A DNA stretch of 63,680 nt, filler included, from Octopus bimaculoides (GCF_001194135.2; 9 parts of 9 records of this genome joined end to end with filler, not necessarily neighbours in it), one strand, 5' to 3'; counted from the whole stretch's first letter, positions 13,125 to 24,795 are shown. Numbers and translations: made by a program. Notes: generated by a model from the sequence alone, not told the origin.

Positions 13125-14697
13125 AAAAGAGAGAAACAAACTACATCAATAAGCCATTTAAGGGAATGCGATTGCTGCGTATATGACGAAGGGGAACGCT
13201 GGCAAGTTATTTTTTTTAAAAACCGTCAACAGATTTAAAAAGGTAATTTAGAAAAAGAGAAGGAGGAGAAAGAAAGAAGTTAACAGAGAGTTAAGAGTGG
13301 AGAAATATAGTCTGATAGATGAATGCAAATAAAGCTTAAAAGCGTGGAAATAGATATCTGTTGTGGAAATGAAATACAAGAAGACAGTTAAAGGTCGAAT
13401 TTTATAGATTGGTAAAAATTACTTATAGAAATTACTTATAGCAACTAAAGGCATTATTTTCGATGACGATATAATTAAAGCCAACTTTTTGGATATTACC
13501 CTTAACTTATATAATGATTCATATTTGCCATACCATAAATCCTCAACTAATTTAAAATATATTAGCTTTTTCAGTAATCATTCAAAGGTTATTACAAGAA
13601 ATTTAGTTTGAAATATTTCACTTAAACTTTCTTGATTATCTTCTATTTTTGATAACTTCAACGATAAAGCCGAATGTTATTACTTTACCTTACTTAAAGC
13701 AGGCTATAATGAAAAAATATCTATATCAACCCTATTGACATTAATTCTGCCTGTATTAATCAGGACATGAAAACACGTCATAACGGTAATAACAATATAA
13801 AGTTTTTATTCGAATAACAACACTAAATCGAAAAATGTAATTTTTCAGTGTAAGGGAGATAACCGTTCTTTATATCTCTTGATACGTAATAAAAATAAGT
13901 CTAGGACTTTTAAAGATAATTACCCTAATAACAAGGTGTGTCCTAGTAAAACTGTTTGGTTGATCATTCCATATGGTAAGCAGATCAAATCCAACATCTC
14001 TTACCAGCTTCGTGAAGCTATAGATAAGAATTTCCCCAAAACTTCGAGATACCATTCCATTATCAATTCACACCGAATTAGGATAGGGTTCTCAAACACC
14101 AAAAACCTTTCACAAATCATCTCTTCGCATAACAGTAATTTGTTAAATACAAATCCACTTGAGGAAAATAATAACCTTGATATTATTAGCGCTAACCATT
14201 CTTTGAACAATAATAACAACAATATTAATATTCCTGATATAAATTCGAATCGTATACGAATACGAATAACAGTAATTCTAAGACTAGAAACTCTGTTTAT
14301 CAGTTTGAAATTACTTCCGGTTCTGATGTCTTTTTTTTACATAGGTAGTTCATCGTCTTAGTTGTCGAAAAGAATATCTAACCATTACTCTACAATTAGA
14401 CATATCAATAAATGCAACAATGGACTTAGTAATTTAATTTGGTCTTTAAAGGAACAGAATAAACAATTCGATTTGGAATGGAATATTCTATCTAGATCCT
14501 TCCCATATGACAAAGGTAAATCTTTTTGTCCGCTCTGTAACGAAGAACAATTTCTCATCCTTTCCTTTGACGTTAAATCTATTAACGGTTTAAAAAAAAA
14601 TAACTTGCCAGCGTTCCCCTTCATCATATACGCGGTAATCACATTCCGTTAATTTGGCTTATTGATGTGGTTTGTCCTTCTCTTTTTTTCTCTCTTT

Positions 14698-14786
14698 TTT
14701 TTCCTGACGAGATGATTGCATTGTTTTACATCATTTTATTCCCTCTGGAATAATATCAATGCTTTCTTCAACACACATGTTTGAAG
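14698..14786 (+). ncRNA. Degenerate hammerhead motif in the right PLE terminal repeat
   Basis: CTGACGA at 14704-14710 and the same long stem II, but GAAA is replaced by AACA (14770-14773). Confidence 0.5.
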
Positions 14787-14986
14787 TATGAAGATTTGAA
14801 TAACACCTGCGTTTGGCTCCATTTCTTATTCTATCTATGTTATTCAAAGATATTTCACTTAACCCTGGAATTTCTACCTTTATAAGTAGGCTGTAATATC
14901 CCTGGCACTTAGGTGAAGTTGTGCTACCGTGGTAACTATTTTTTTCCCGTGTTATTTGTACACATTGAAAAAATACACACATGCGC

Positions 14987-15017
<31 letters not shown>

Positions 15018-15044
15018 GGTATGTATGTATATATTTGTGTTTAT

Positions 15045-15230
15045 GTCTGTGTCTGTCCCTCTACCGTCGCTTTACAAACAATGTTGGTGTGTTTACGTCC
15101 CCGTAACTAAGTGGTTAAGCAAAAGTGACCGATAGAATAAGTACCAGGCTTACAAAGAATAAGTCCAGAGGTCAATTTCTTCGAGTCCAATCGCTGAAAC
15201 AAGGAGAAAAGGTTAAAAGAATAAAAGAGT
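15045..15230 (+). mobile_element. SINE family B, 3' half
   Basis: GTGTGTTTACGTCCCCGTAACTAAGTGG...GATAGAATAAGTACCAGGCTTACAAAGAATAAGTCC. Confidence 0.75.
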
Positions 15231-15399
15231 CTAAGCATTAAAGTGGAAAAATTGTTACAAAAGCCATTTCTATTCATGTTTTTCAATAATTTAATTATTA
15301 GTATACACATTAGTGATTCGCTAAATCATCAATAGATTTTTATAGAGTATGCACATGTATTGGTAGCGATCTTATCTGGAATCTGGCGAGTTGTACCGA

Positions 15400-15450
15400 C
15401 CCTACTGAAGAGGATTCGGTCTTAAAGCCGAAACTCTCGATGGTATAGGG
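15400..15450 (+). ncRNA. Minimal type-I hammerhead ribozyme motif
   Basis: CCCUA-CUGAAGA-GGAUU(cggucuua)AAGCC-GAAA-CU(cucgau)G-GUA-UAGGG: perfect 5-bp stem I, all core nucleotides present, GUA cleavage triplet. Confidence 0.7.
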
Positions 15451-15960
15451 ATATTACGACTGCCGATTTCGGCCGTTTACGGTCGCTATCAGTATGTATG
15501 TAACCAATTATAATATGTTGACTGCAGCATCAGAGCACTTTAGCTCTTATTTCTAACATTGTAGGTGTTTCTAATACCCTCTGTCATTTTTAATAACATG
15601 GATCAAACGTGGATCAAACAGAGTGATTCAAATTCGTTGGTACTCTGAGTTTCAAGCGTCATGCTAGTCTTCAGCCATTTTGAATTTGAATGAAAGGAGT
15701 TGATTGTTATTATCGTAAGGTGGGCTGCAATTGGTCACATGGTTTCATAGTTTGATGTTGGTATCTCGGTATAACAGGGACAACAGTTAGTTGGAAAATA
15801 CCGCATGGTGAACAGGAAATTGACCACGTGGTGGACAGGAAAATGGTCAGGTTGTTGGAAGGGAAGTAGCCAACCTATTTATTGTCCACCACGCGGTCGA
15901 TTTACTCGAAGTACCAACGAATTTGTCTCAAACTATTTTGATCCGTACATATATATATAC

Positions 15961-16095
15961 GACGGGCTTCTTTCAATTTCCGTCTACTAAATCGACCTTG
16001 GTCGGCCCGAAGCTATAACAGAAGACACTTGACCATGCAGTGGGACTGAACCCCGAATTATGTGTTTGAGAAGTAAGCTTCTTACCACTCAGGCG

Positions 16096-16096
<1 letters not shown>
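15961..16096 (-). mobile_element. SINE family B, 5' half
   Basis: Antisense GACGGGCTTCTTTCAATTTCCGTCTAC...GGGACTGAACCC...AAGCTTCTTACCAC. Confidence 0.8.
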
Positions 16097-16145
<49 letters not shown>

Positions 16146-17819
16146 CGCCTGAGTATGTATGTATGCATGTATGTATGTATGTATGTATGTATGTAATGAT
16201 TTTTATTGTTCTAGGTAAGACTTTAAACTGCACCCAGTTGTGGGGCTCTTGTTCAGGAGTTCCAGGGTTTTGAGAAGTGTGGAGCCACCTCTAAGCTGCT
16301 ATTGTTTCAAAGTCTTCTCTGACCTGGAGTTGTAGCATCAGTCAGGGTACCAGCTAGGGATTAGCTAGCATATGTGATAACATTCCATCTGAACGAGGAG
16401 ACGCAGACATACTCCTGTTCGCTGCCAGGGCGCGCAATAAAACCACTGGAAGTAAGAGAGACACTCGGGTTTCGCGTAATTGCTGGTCATCTCAATTCAT
16501 TCTGTCACTACGTACTAATCACGTTGACACTAAGAATGATACTTGTGTTATACTTGTGTTGTACAAGCGTTCAACACTATAATCCAATGACGTACAGGTT
16601 TTTCTGTCACCGATTACTTGACGCTCGAGTTGAGCCGATCAATGAAAATATATTTCACGAACATTTATTACTGTATATAAATATATTTTGTGATGGCTTT
16701 TTACAGCGAACAACATAAATATTTGTTGAGTGGGAGAAAAAGAAAAATTGCACCGCATCCGCAAATGTTATTTATGAGAAATTGTGTGAATATTCAGCTT
16801 GGTCTCTCCGAGAACTTAGAGTAGTCTGCATAAATGTCTGGAACCGTCAGCCTGGCAGGAGCGGAGGCGCATATCACCTTCACTACTCTAGAAGTAACTG
16901 AGCGGTAAAACGGTCTTTTATAAGGCACATGAAAAACATTCGAGAAAACTATACCACAGAGCATCTTAACGATGATTGGTTGATTAATACACCGATCACA
17001 TGAAACCATGGTGGTTCGCTCGTGGTGTCAGATCGGTTATCTAGCGGTTGGTGTTTCGAAACACCGTTACAAGTAGTCTCCTCTTAGTTCTTTACGCGAA
17101 AGAAAAAAAGAACGAAACAATAAAACAGTGTCTGCATTAGAATACCCATAATACTATGTGAAGTTGCCATATCTTTAAACACAAATTAATTGAAACCACG
17201 AAGATGAAAGGATATGAAAAAATTAAATACTGGCTGTTACAACGATTTCGGGAAGGTTCTACATAAAATTCGCTCCGGAATCATTCATTCGAGAAAAGAA
17301 GAGACTTTCTTTGGTGTTGAAAGTTGGTTTTGACTGTTATTTCGAGCAGGCGAAAATATGCCTAAGCCGATAATAGTCATGATAATAGCCTTTAACATCA
17401 TAGACTCAACAAGTGGGAGGAGGGGGTTATGGTGGTAAAAGTAATGAATGTCACCAAATGTCGCTTGGTGAAGATGAATGTCGGTTGTAACCGATTTCGT
17501 GATTTTACTGGCCTTTTCTTGAGACGAGGGTCAACAATGTCATCGGTTATCTAGCAGGTGGGGGATTTCAATCACAACAACACTTCTTTATGGTGACCTC
17601 ATTTGTCATTCTATGAACTGAAAGTTCTATGGAAGTGCCCAGTAAGTTACAACTTTCGTCTGTCACCTTTTTTTTTTTCAAACCACGCAGATCTGCCTTT
17701 TCAGCCTTGACCTCTCAGATGATTCAATGCTCATCTGACAGGTCAAGGCTGGAAAGTTGGAAATGACATTGACAACCAGGATGCAGTAGGAACCATCTCT
17801 GAAGATGAAGCAATCACCA

Positions 17820-18120
17820 TGTGTGTATGTATGTATGTATGTATGTATGTTATCAATCAGTTTCATTTCTGTATTTCTTGTCCACAGAGAAAGAGCCGGA
17901 CTCTAACATAGATTCAAGGCTCCTTCATTGGAACTTTTATCAACATCATCTAGGTATTTGTGCATATGTGTGTGTGTGCAGTATTTGGTGTTAGTGTATG
18001 CACAGATTTGTATGTCTGCTTTATGGATGCGTTTTTATGTATATATTTTCATGTCTAGATGCATGCATATGTATTTATGTGCTAAATTTTTGGAAAGTTT
18101 TACATATCTTTACAGTTCCA
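17820..18120 (-). mobile_element. R4/Dong-like LINE 3' end with 3' UTR and (CATA)n tail
   Basis: GGAAAGTTTTACATATCTTTACAGTTCCA resembles the ORF end of the 3760-4445 copy; the element ends in (TATG)n at 17820-17849. Confidence 0.55.
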
Positions 18121-18451
18121 NNNNNNNNNNNNNNNNNNNNNNNNNNNNNNNNNNNNNNNNNNNNNNNNNNNNNNNNNNNNNNNNNNNNNNNNNNNNNNNN
18201 NNNNNNNNNNNNNNNNNNNNNNNNNNNNNNNNNNNNNNNNNNNNNNNNNNNNNNNNNNNNNNNNNNNNNNNNNNNNNNNNNNNNNNNNNNNNNNNNNNNN
18301 NNNNNNNNNNNNNNNNNNNNNNNNNNNNNNNNNNNNNNNNNNNNNNNNNNNNNNNNNNNNNNNNNNNNNNNNNNNNNNNNNNNNNNNNNNNNNNNNNNNN
18401 NNNNNNNNNNNNNNNNNNNNNNNNNNNNNNNNNNNNNNNNNNNNNNNNNNN

Positions 18452-18600
18452 TGTATGTTTTATGTATGTATTCTCATGCATATAGTTGCATACCTGGACA
18501 TGCTCATATATATTTAAATGATAAACTTCTGGAAAGTGCTACAGATTTTTACAGTACCAGTGATGGCTTGGAATGTATTGTATGTATGTATGTATGTATG
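18452..18600 (-). mobile_element. Short 3' stub of the same R4/Dong-like family
   Basis: GGAAAGTGCTACAGATTTTTACAGTACCAGTGATGG matches 3805-3845; runs into (TATG)n. Confidence 0.6.
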
Positions 18601-19469
18601 TAAGTATGTATATGTACACTCACACACACACGCACGCACACAAGCACACGCACACACACACACACACACACACGCACGCACACATAGCAAAAGATGAATA
18701 CAAAAATAGCAATGGCTAATTTCTTACATAATTTTTTTAGTTACGACATACAAGCAGCACCACTATCTGTTGCTTGAAAATTTATATGATCAAACGAATA
18801 TATTTAAAAGCGCAATACTTTTATTTTAACGTATTATTTGAAGAAACCCTAGATAATAAATCACCTTTTCAATTCCGGCTAAATATATATTAAACTCCCT
18901 AATGCTGTTGATTTTGCGTAATTCGCAACACTGCTATTTCCATATCTGTATACTTCTTAGCTTTTCTTTTTCTCTTTTGTTTGTTGTTATCGTTGTCATT
19001 GTTGCTGCAGCTTTAGTCATTTTGAACAACGTCTTGTGTCAACTTTTACCCTAAACTAGGCTTCTGCCGCGTGACGGAAATAAAGAAACTAGTAATTTAG
19101 TAAACATATCTATTATAAATTGGTGTCTTTCACCAAATCTATCCTGTCAACGTTGATTTTTCTTCTCTTTTTTTTTTACAAGCAAGTTCAAAGGAAAACG
19201 TAACCCACCCATCTATCTATCTATTTATCAATACATGTTGCTCTCACTCTCTTTCTTTCTTTCTCTCTCTCTTTTTCTTTCTCTCTCTTTCTCTCTCTCT
19301 CCCACTCTTCTCTGTAGACCTACAGACGCGCGCACATACGCAGGTACACACACAGATAGGTATACAGATAGATTGATAGATAAATATANNNNNNNNNNNN
19401 NNNNNNNNNNNNNNNNNNNNNNNNNNNNNNNNNNNNNNNNNNNNNNNNNNNNNNNNNNTATATATATAT

Positions 19470-19507
<38 letters not shown>

Positions 19508-19767
19508 CCGTCACCGTCTCTATATCCCTCTTTATGTGTCTAGTTTTTTTTTGTGTATGTAAGTGTATATTTGTGTGTAACTGTGCGTACGTGTAAATGT
19601 GCTTGTTTGTGAATATTTCAGTTTATTTAGATAAAAACGCTCCCACGAGCAAGTTCAAGTACGTACCCACTTCCACATACCCATACGTACCCACTTCACG
19701 TATATGTGTGTGTGTGTGCGTGTGTGTTTGTGTATACATATATCACACACACACACACACACACGCT

Positions 19768-19812
<45 letters not shown>

Positions 19813-19892
19813 TATCATATATAAGGAGCAGACGTGGTTGTGTGGTAAAGAAGCTTGCTTCCCACCCACATAGTTATATATATATATAGCTT

Positions 19893-20013
19893 TATTCAGC
19901 ACCAGTATTGCTAGAAATAAGAATCAATAAAAGCCATAGTCACAGTAAGCATGGTGCTCATTGTGGCTATGGGTTCTTTTGACTCTTATGTCTAGCAATA
20001 CTGATACTGAATA
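19893..20013. repeat. ~120-bp imperfect fold-back (about 58-bp arms, 3-nt loop)
   Basis: TATTCAGCACCAGTATTGCTAGAAATAAGAATCAA...CCATAGTCACAGTAAGCA versus the reverse complement of the right arm TATTCAGTATCAGTATTGCTAGACATAAGAGTCAA...CCATAGCCACAATGAGCA. Confidence 0.8.
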
Positions 20014-20129
20014 GCGCCCTCAGTCGCTTTAGTGGCGTATATATATTTGCAAGCACGCATACAATAGCACTCACGCACACAAATATAAGATATAATGTGT
20101 TGTCGTTTCAATTTCAACGTCTCCTTTGC

Positions 20130-21832
20130 CTCGGGGCATGCAACAATCTAATTCTTCGGGAAAGAGGCGAAGAAAGACATTTTCTTCACTCAGATTCGGC
20201 ATATCCAAAGGCGTTGAAGTACAACGTAGCCTTTAACGAACTCAGCCGCTGCCCTAGCGAGTGTGACGAGGCCGAAACAGAAACTCAGTACGGATGGTTT
20301 TCACGAAGATGCTGTATCTAAGAGGATACAGGCCACAGTTCATAGAGGAAGTGTGACACACTAAGCGCACGAACACGATGGTGACACGAGAGAAGTGTCC
20401 ACAGGGCCAAATAGAACGGCAAATTAACAACGACAGCCGATATCACTGTCGATATCACAGACCGCAGACTCATGTCAATCATCGTACGGACAGTGTTACG
20501 GAACCTAGATGGTCTACCATGGCTCTCGGTGAGGGATGCGAGGTTCTGCGAAAAGCCGATTACAATCTCTGAAATATGGGTGGCGATGAGCGATTGCACA
20601 AGTCACAAATCGCTCGGTTTAGATAGTCTGCCCTACGAATTCTAAGTTTTCATGCCAGATTTGTTTGGCAGCCTCTTGGCAGATATCTACAGTAACCTGC
20701 GGCAGAACGGGAGAATTCCTAGTGCTGTTGGCCGAGGGGTGGTAACACTGCTGAGAAAGGACGGCGACAATGGGGACGTGCCAGGGAATACTCGGCCCGT
20801 AACTCTGCTAAATACAGAGTTTAAGATTTTGGCCAAGGTGTTAGCGAAAAGGTTGGCGCTTGTCGTTGGTAGTCTGGTCGAGGTGGCACAAACGTGCGCA
20901 ATCCCGTGCAGGTCTATCCACAACAATTTCCACCTTATGCGATACATCGTAGAGAGGGCTGGGACGAAAGCTGGCTTCGATGGTGCCCAGATCAATTTAG
21001 ATCAGTCAAAAGCTTTCGATAAGGTAGACCATCGCTACTTGGAAGCCGTCCTTAAAGTGGCCGGTTTCGGACCCGTTTTCAGTGGCTGGATAGCTGCAAT
21101 GCACAGCGGCACCTACTCGGTGGCCAAAATAATGACTACTTATTGGAACCGGTCCGTCAGAGTTGCCCGCTGTCATCCCATCTGTGTGTGCTGGCTCTCG
21201 AGTCACTACTGCGGAAGTTGGAACAGTTAAGAGGCCTCCCTTTCGAAACTGGACTCGGGAGGGTAGTGTCTGCATACACGGACGACGGCCTCATTGTAAA
21301 AGAGTGTGAGTCGGTTGCAGAGACTAAAATCAATGCCGACAAGTCGGTGGGATTGCGATTGGGCACCTGAAGAGGCTAATCGATGCCGTCGGACGGCGTC
21401 GTTGGACTCTGAACTGACGGACCAGTTAAACTGCTCGGTGAGACTCTACTCGTCGACGAAGACGAACTGGGAAGTCTATTCCGGAGGACTTTCTGGTCGG
21501 AGACTGTTATGGATAATTTCCAGATGTCTTTGGCCTTGCAGTGCTACCGGGGGCGCTACCGGTTCGAGATAAACTCTACAGGCACGGATGTACTGTCAGA
21601 TGGGCTTGTCCGAGGTGCTCTCAGAACGATGAAACCGTTCTGCCTGCAATCGTTCAAGTGTCCGGGAATTGCTGACTTGTGGCGTTACGTAGCACAGCTG
21701 TTGTCGCGTGTAGGACAGATCCGTCTGTTAGCTGAGTCCATAATGATGATTGCCCAGCTGCCTTCCTTTAATGGGGCTGGCAAGGCAGTTTTCTTCTGTC
21801 TGATGGCTGTGGTGAAAGAGGTTATCTGGTGA
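20130..21832 (+). mobile_element. L1/Tx1-like LINE ORF2 remnant (RT + zinc knuckle), frameshifted and internally deleted
   Basis: KSLGLDSLPYEF, GNTRPVTLLNTEFKILAKVLAKRL, NLDQSKAFDKVDHRYL, VRQSCPLSSHLCVLALESLL, SAYTDD, then a CPRC..DETV..CPGIADLW knuckle. Confidence 0.85.
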
Positions 21833-21859
21833 ATGAGGCTGAAAGGAATGAGGACGGAG

Positions 21860-23525
21860 AATTGGTAGTGGGAGCCTGGTCTTGTGCAGCAATGATCAGG
21901 CTTTCGGTGGTATGCTTCAAATCACCTCGCTCAAGCCATGCCTACAATGAATGCTGTATTATCCTTATCGTCTTGTGCCTTCTTTTCAAACTGTCCATGC
22001 ATTCTCATTTCAAGAAGGTCTTCTTTTCTCTTCTCCTCAGCTTTTTGGTTTAATTCTGCCTTGCCCATCATTTCATCTGCATTTACACCTATCTCTTTCG
22101 TGGCATATTCAGCAAGTCTTCATCAAATTTTTGGCATTCAGGTTGGATTTCAACACTATATTCACTCTTTTTTTATACGCCTCGCTGACATTGACTTTCA
22201 TTTCTCTGTGTAGAATGTCATCCAGCTACAAAATCCCTGAATACATATACCCACTACCGTCGGGTTCATCCATAGTGTCTCTTGATGGTAACCGCAATCC
22301 TCTGCAAAATGCTTTCTTCCCTCTTTTCATATTAAGTACTGAGCATTTGGTAATCCCCAATTCCATACCGATGTCCCTAACACACTTCTGGACTGTTTTG
22401 GTTAAGGAATCTATCAGATTTTTAGATTTTCTAAACAGGTCATCCATAAACAGAAGATGGTTCAATAATAGGCCTTTCTTCCAACATCGGTAACCCTTCT
22501 TAACTTTCCTAAGTATCATTGTTATGGGTATTAGTGCAATTACAAAAAGTAACGGAGTAAACGAATCACCTTGAAAGATTTCCCTTTTAATATTAACTTC
22601 TCCAAGAAATACATTACTTGAGTACAATTTGGTTTTCCATTCTTCCATGCTATGCATCAGAAAATTTATCATGTTATCAGCAACACCAAATGTCTGCAGG
22701 CGTTCAACGATCCAAGGATGAGGCATCATATCATAAGCCTTCTTGAAGTCAATCCAAGCCATAGACATGTTTGTATGTTTTTTACAATGCTTCAAAATTT
22801 TCATCGATGACCAGGTGATCCTTGGTATTCTGAGAACTCTTCCTACATCCTTTTTGTTCCCTTGGTAGTATTTCTTCCTGTGCCAGGAAAGTGCATGTCT
22901 TTGCCGCACATATTCCAGTGAGTATCCTCCAGATTATGCTTAGGCATGCTATGGGACGGTAGTTTCCCACAATATTCCCCTTTCTTCTTATCTTTCATTA
23001 CAAGTGTTGTCCTCCCAGTCACCATCAAAGCGGGGACTGTACCGTTCTGGACACATGCATTAAATTGGGCTGTTAGCCTTTCATGCATCGCGTGGCATCT
23101 CTTCAACCGGAAGCCATGAATCCCATCTGGTCCGAGGGCTTTCCAGTGAGGCACTTTACCCACATCACTCGTGCTTATGACAATATTCTTTTGTTCCTTT
23201 CCTCCTTGTAATTCTGTCTTGATAGTTCCTATCCTCATTGCATCCCTTTTATGCACCACATTGTTTCCCCATAATCCGCTTTAGAACTCTTTGGCTTGAT
23301 TTGCATCAGGAGCAACATTTTCCCCACTGTCTCCTTCTAACGTTCGGAAGAATTGCTTCGGCTTATTTTTGAACAATCTGTTCTTCTGGAAGTGCTTGTT
23401 TCTGTTCACAAATTTTCTGATCTTATGGCCTTTTCCCATGATCCTCTGTTTTAACTGCTCTATTACTGCATCAAACTCGCTCTTCCGTATTTTATATTTC
23501 TTCTCTAATTTTTCTCGGTCGGTCG
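21860..23525 (-). mobile_element. R4/Dong-like LINE RT region, degenerate
   Basis: ALGPDGIHGF, GNYRPIACL, EQKGCRK, MAWIDFKKAYDMMPH, IFQGDSFTPLLFVIAL, LNHLLFMDDL, MHGQF, WLERGDLKHTTESLIIAAQDQA; 5' junction in (AAG)n/(AAT)n. Confidence 0.88.
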
Positions 23526-23526
23526 G

Positions 23527-23590
23527 TCTTCTTCTTCTTCTTCTTCTTCTTCTTCTTCTTCTTCTTCTTCTTCTTCTTCTTCTTCTTCTT

Positions 23591-23657
<67 letters not shown>
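23527..23657. repeat. Compound (TTC)n(TTA)n microsatellite
   Basis: Direct reading. Confidence 0.95.
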
Positions 23658-24378
23658 GGGCAGTAGATTTGCAGGATCGTTAGTACGATGGGTATTCTTT
23701 CCGCAAAGGTATTAACCTTTCACCCTTAAAATAGAAGTTAAATAATAAAGGATCAGTTAAGTAGAGGGGTCGGTAGAATGGATTAATCCCCTTCCCCTCA
23801 AAATTATCCATTTAGCTAAAATTTGAAACGATTATCGTTATTATTGCAAAAACAGCAACATATATTTTATGTAGTCAACTGAATGTGTATATATATGCAT
23901 ATATGTCTGTAGATATGTATATATGTATATATGTATATATATGTATATANNNNNNNNNNNNNNNNNNNNNNNNNNNNNNNNNNNNNNNNNNNNNNNNNNN
24001 NNNNNNNNNNNNNNNNNNNNNNNNNNNNNNNNNNNNNNNNNNNNNNNNNNNNNNNNNNNNNNNNNNNNNNNNNNNNNNNNNNNNNNNNNNNNNNNNNNNN
24101 NNNNNNNNNNNNNNNNNNNNNNNNNNNNNNNNNNNNNNNNNNNNNNNNNNNNNNNNNNNNNNNNNNNNNNNNNNNNNNNNNNNNNNNNNNNNNNNNNNNN
24201 NNNNNNNNNNNNNNNNNNNNNNNNNNNNNNNNNNNNNNNNNNNNNNNNNNNNNNNNNNNNNNNNNNNNNNNNNNNNNNNNNNNNNNNNNNNNNNNNNNNN
24301 NNCATGCGATTAAATGGCTTCCTTGGTCATACTGGCGATTTGAGGGCGGCGTTGTCGTGCAGCAGAAGGACTCCATAA

Positions 24379-24795
24379 GGCGGCGAGCTGGCAGAATCGT
24401 TAGCACGCCGGGCGAAATGCTTCGCGGTATTTCGTCTGCCGTTACGTTCTGAGTTCAAATTCCGCCGAGGTCGACTTTGCCTTTCATCCTTTCGGGGGTC
24501 GATAAATTAAGTACCAGTTACGCACTGGGGTCGATGTAATCGACTTAATCCGTTCGTCTGTTCTTGTTTGTTCCCTCTATGTTTAGCCCCTTGTGGGCAA
24601 TAACGAAATAGGTATTTCGTCTGCCGCTACATTCTGAGTTCAAATTCCGCCTAGGTCGACTTTACCTTTTATCCTTTCGGGGTCGATAAATTAAGTACAA
24701 GTTACGCACTGGGGTCGATGTAATCGACCTAATCCCTTTGTCTGTCCTTGTTTTCCCCCTCTGTGTTTAGCCCCTTGTGGGTAATAAAGAAATAA
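24379..24795 (+). mobile_element. SINE family A tandem dimer (full unit 24379-24610, 5'-truncated unit 24611-24795)
   Basis: Two near-identical units GGTATTTCGTCTGCC...GGTCGATAAATTAAGTAC...GCCCCTTGTGGG..AATAA; the GCCTTTCATCCTTTCGGGGGTCGATAAATTAAGTACCAG segment resembles the Meta-type SINE core. Confidence 0.9.

Larger units (their letters stand above)
12984..14840 (+). mobile_element. Penelope-like element (RT C-terminus, linker, GIY-YIG), degenerate, with inverted terminal repeats
   Basis: Translations KANFLDITLNLYNDSYLPYHK; VWLIIPYGKQIKSNI...RIRIGFSNTKNLSQIISSHN; FYIGSSS..SKRISNHYSTIRH...LSNLIWSLKE...EWNILSRSFPYDKGKSFCPLCNEE; 12984-13238 is the reverse complement of 14573-14840. Confidence 0.85.

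Noticed and set aside
15455-15495. Minus-strand CTGATAG...GACCGTAAACGGCC-GAAA hairpin next to the 15400 hammerhead
   Set aside because: Core is not CUGANGA and stem I does not pair; too degenerate to call
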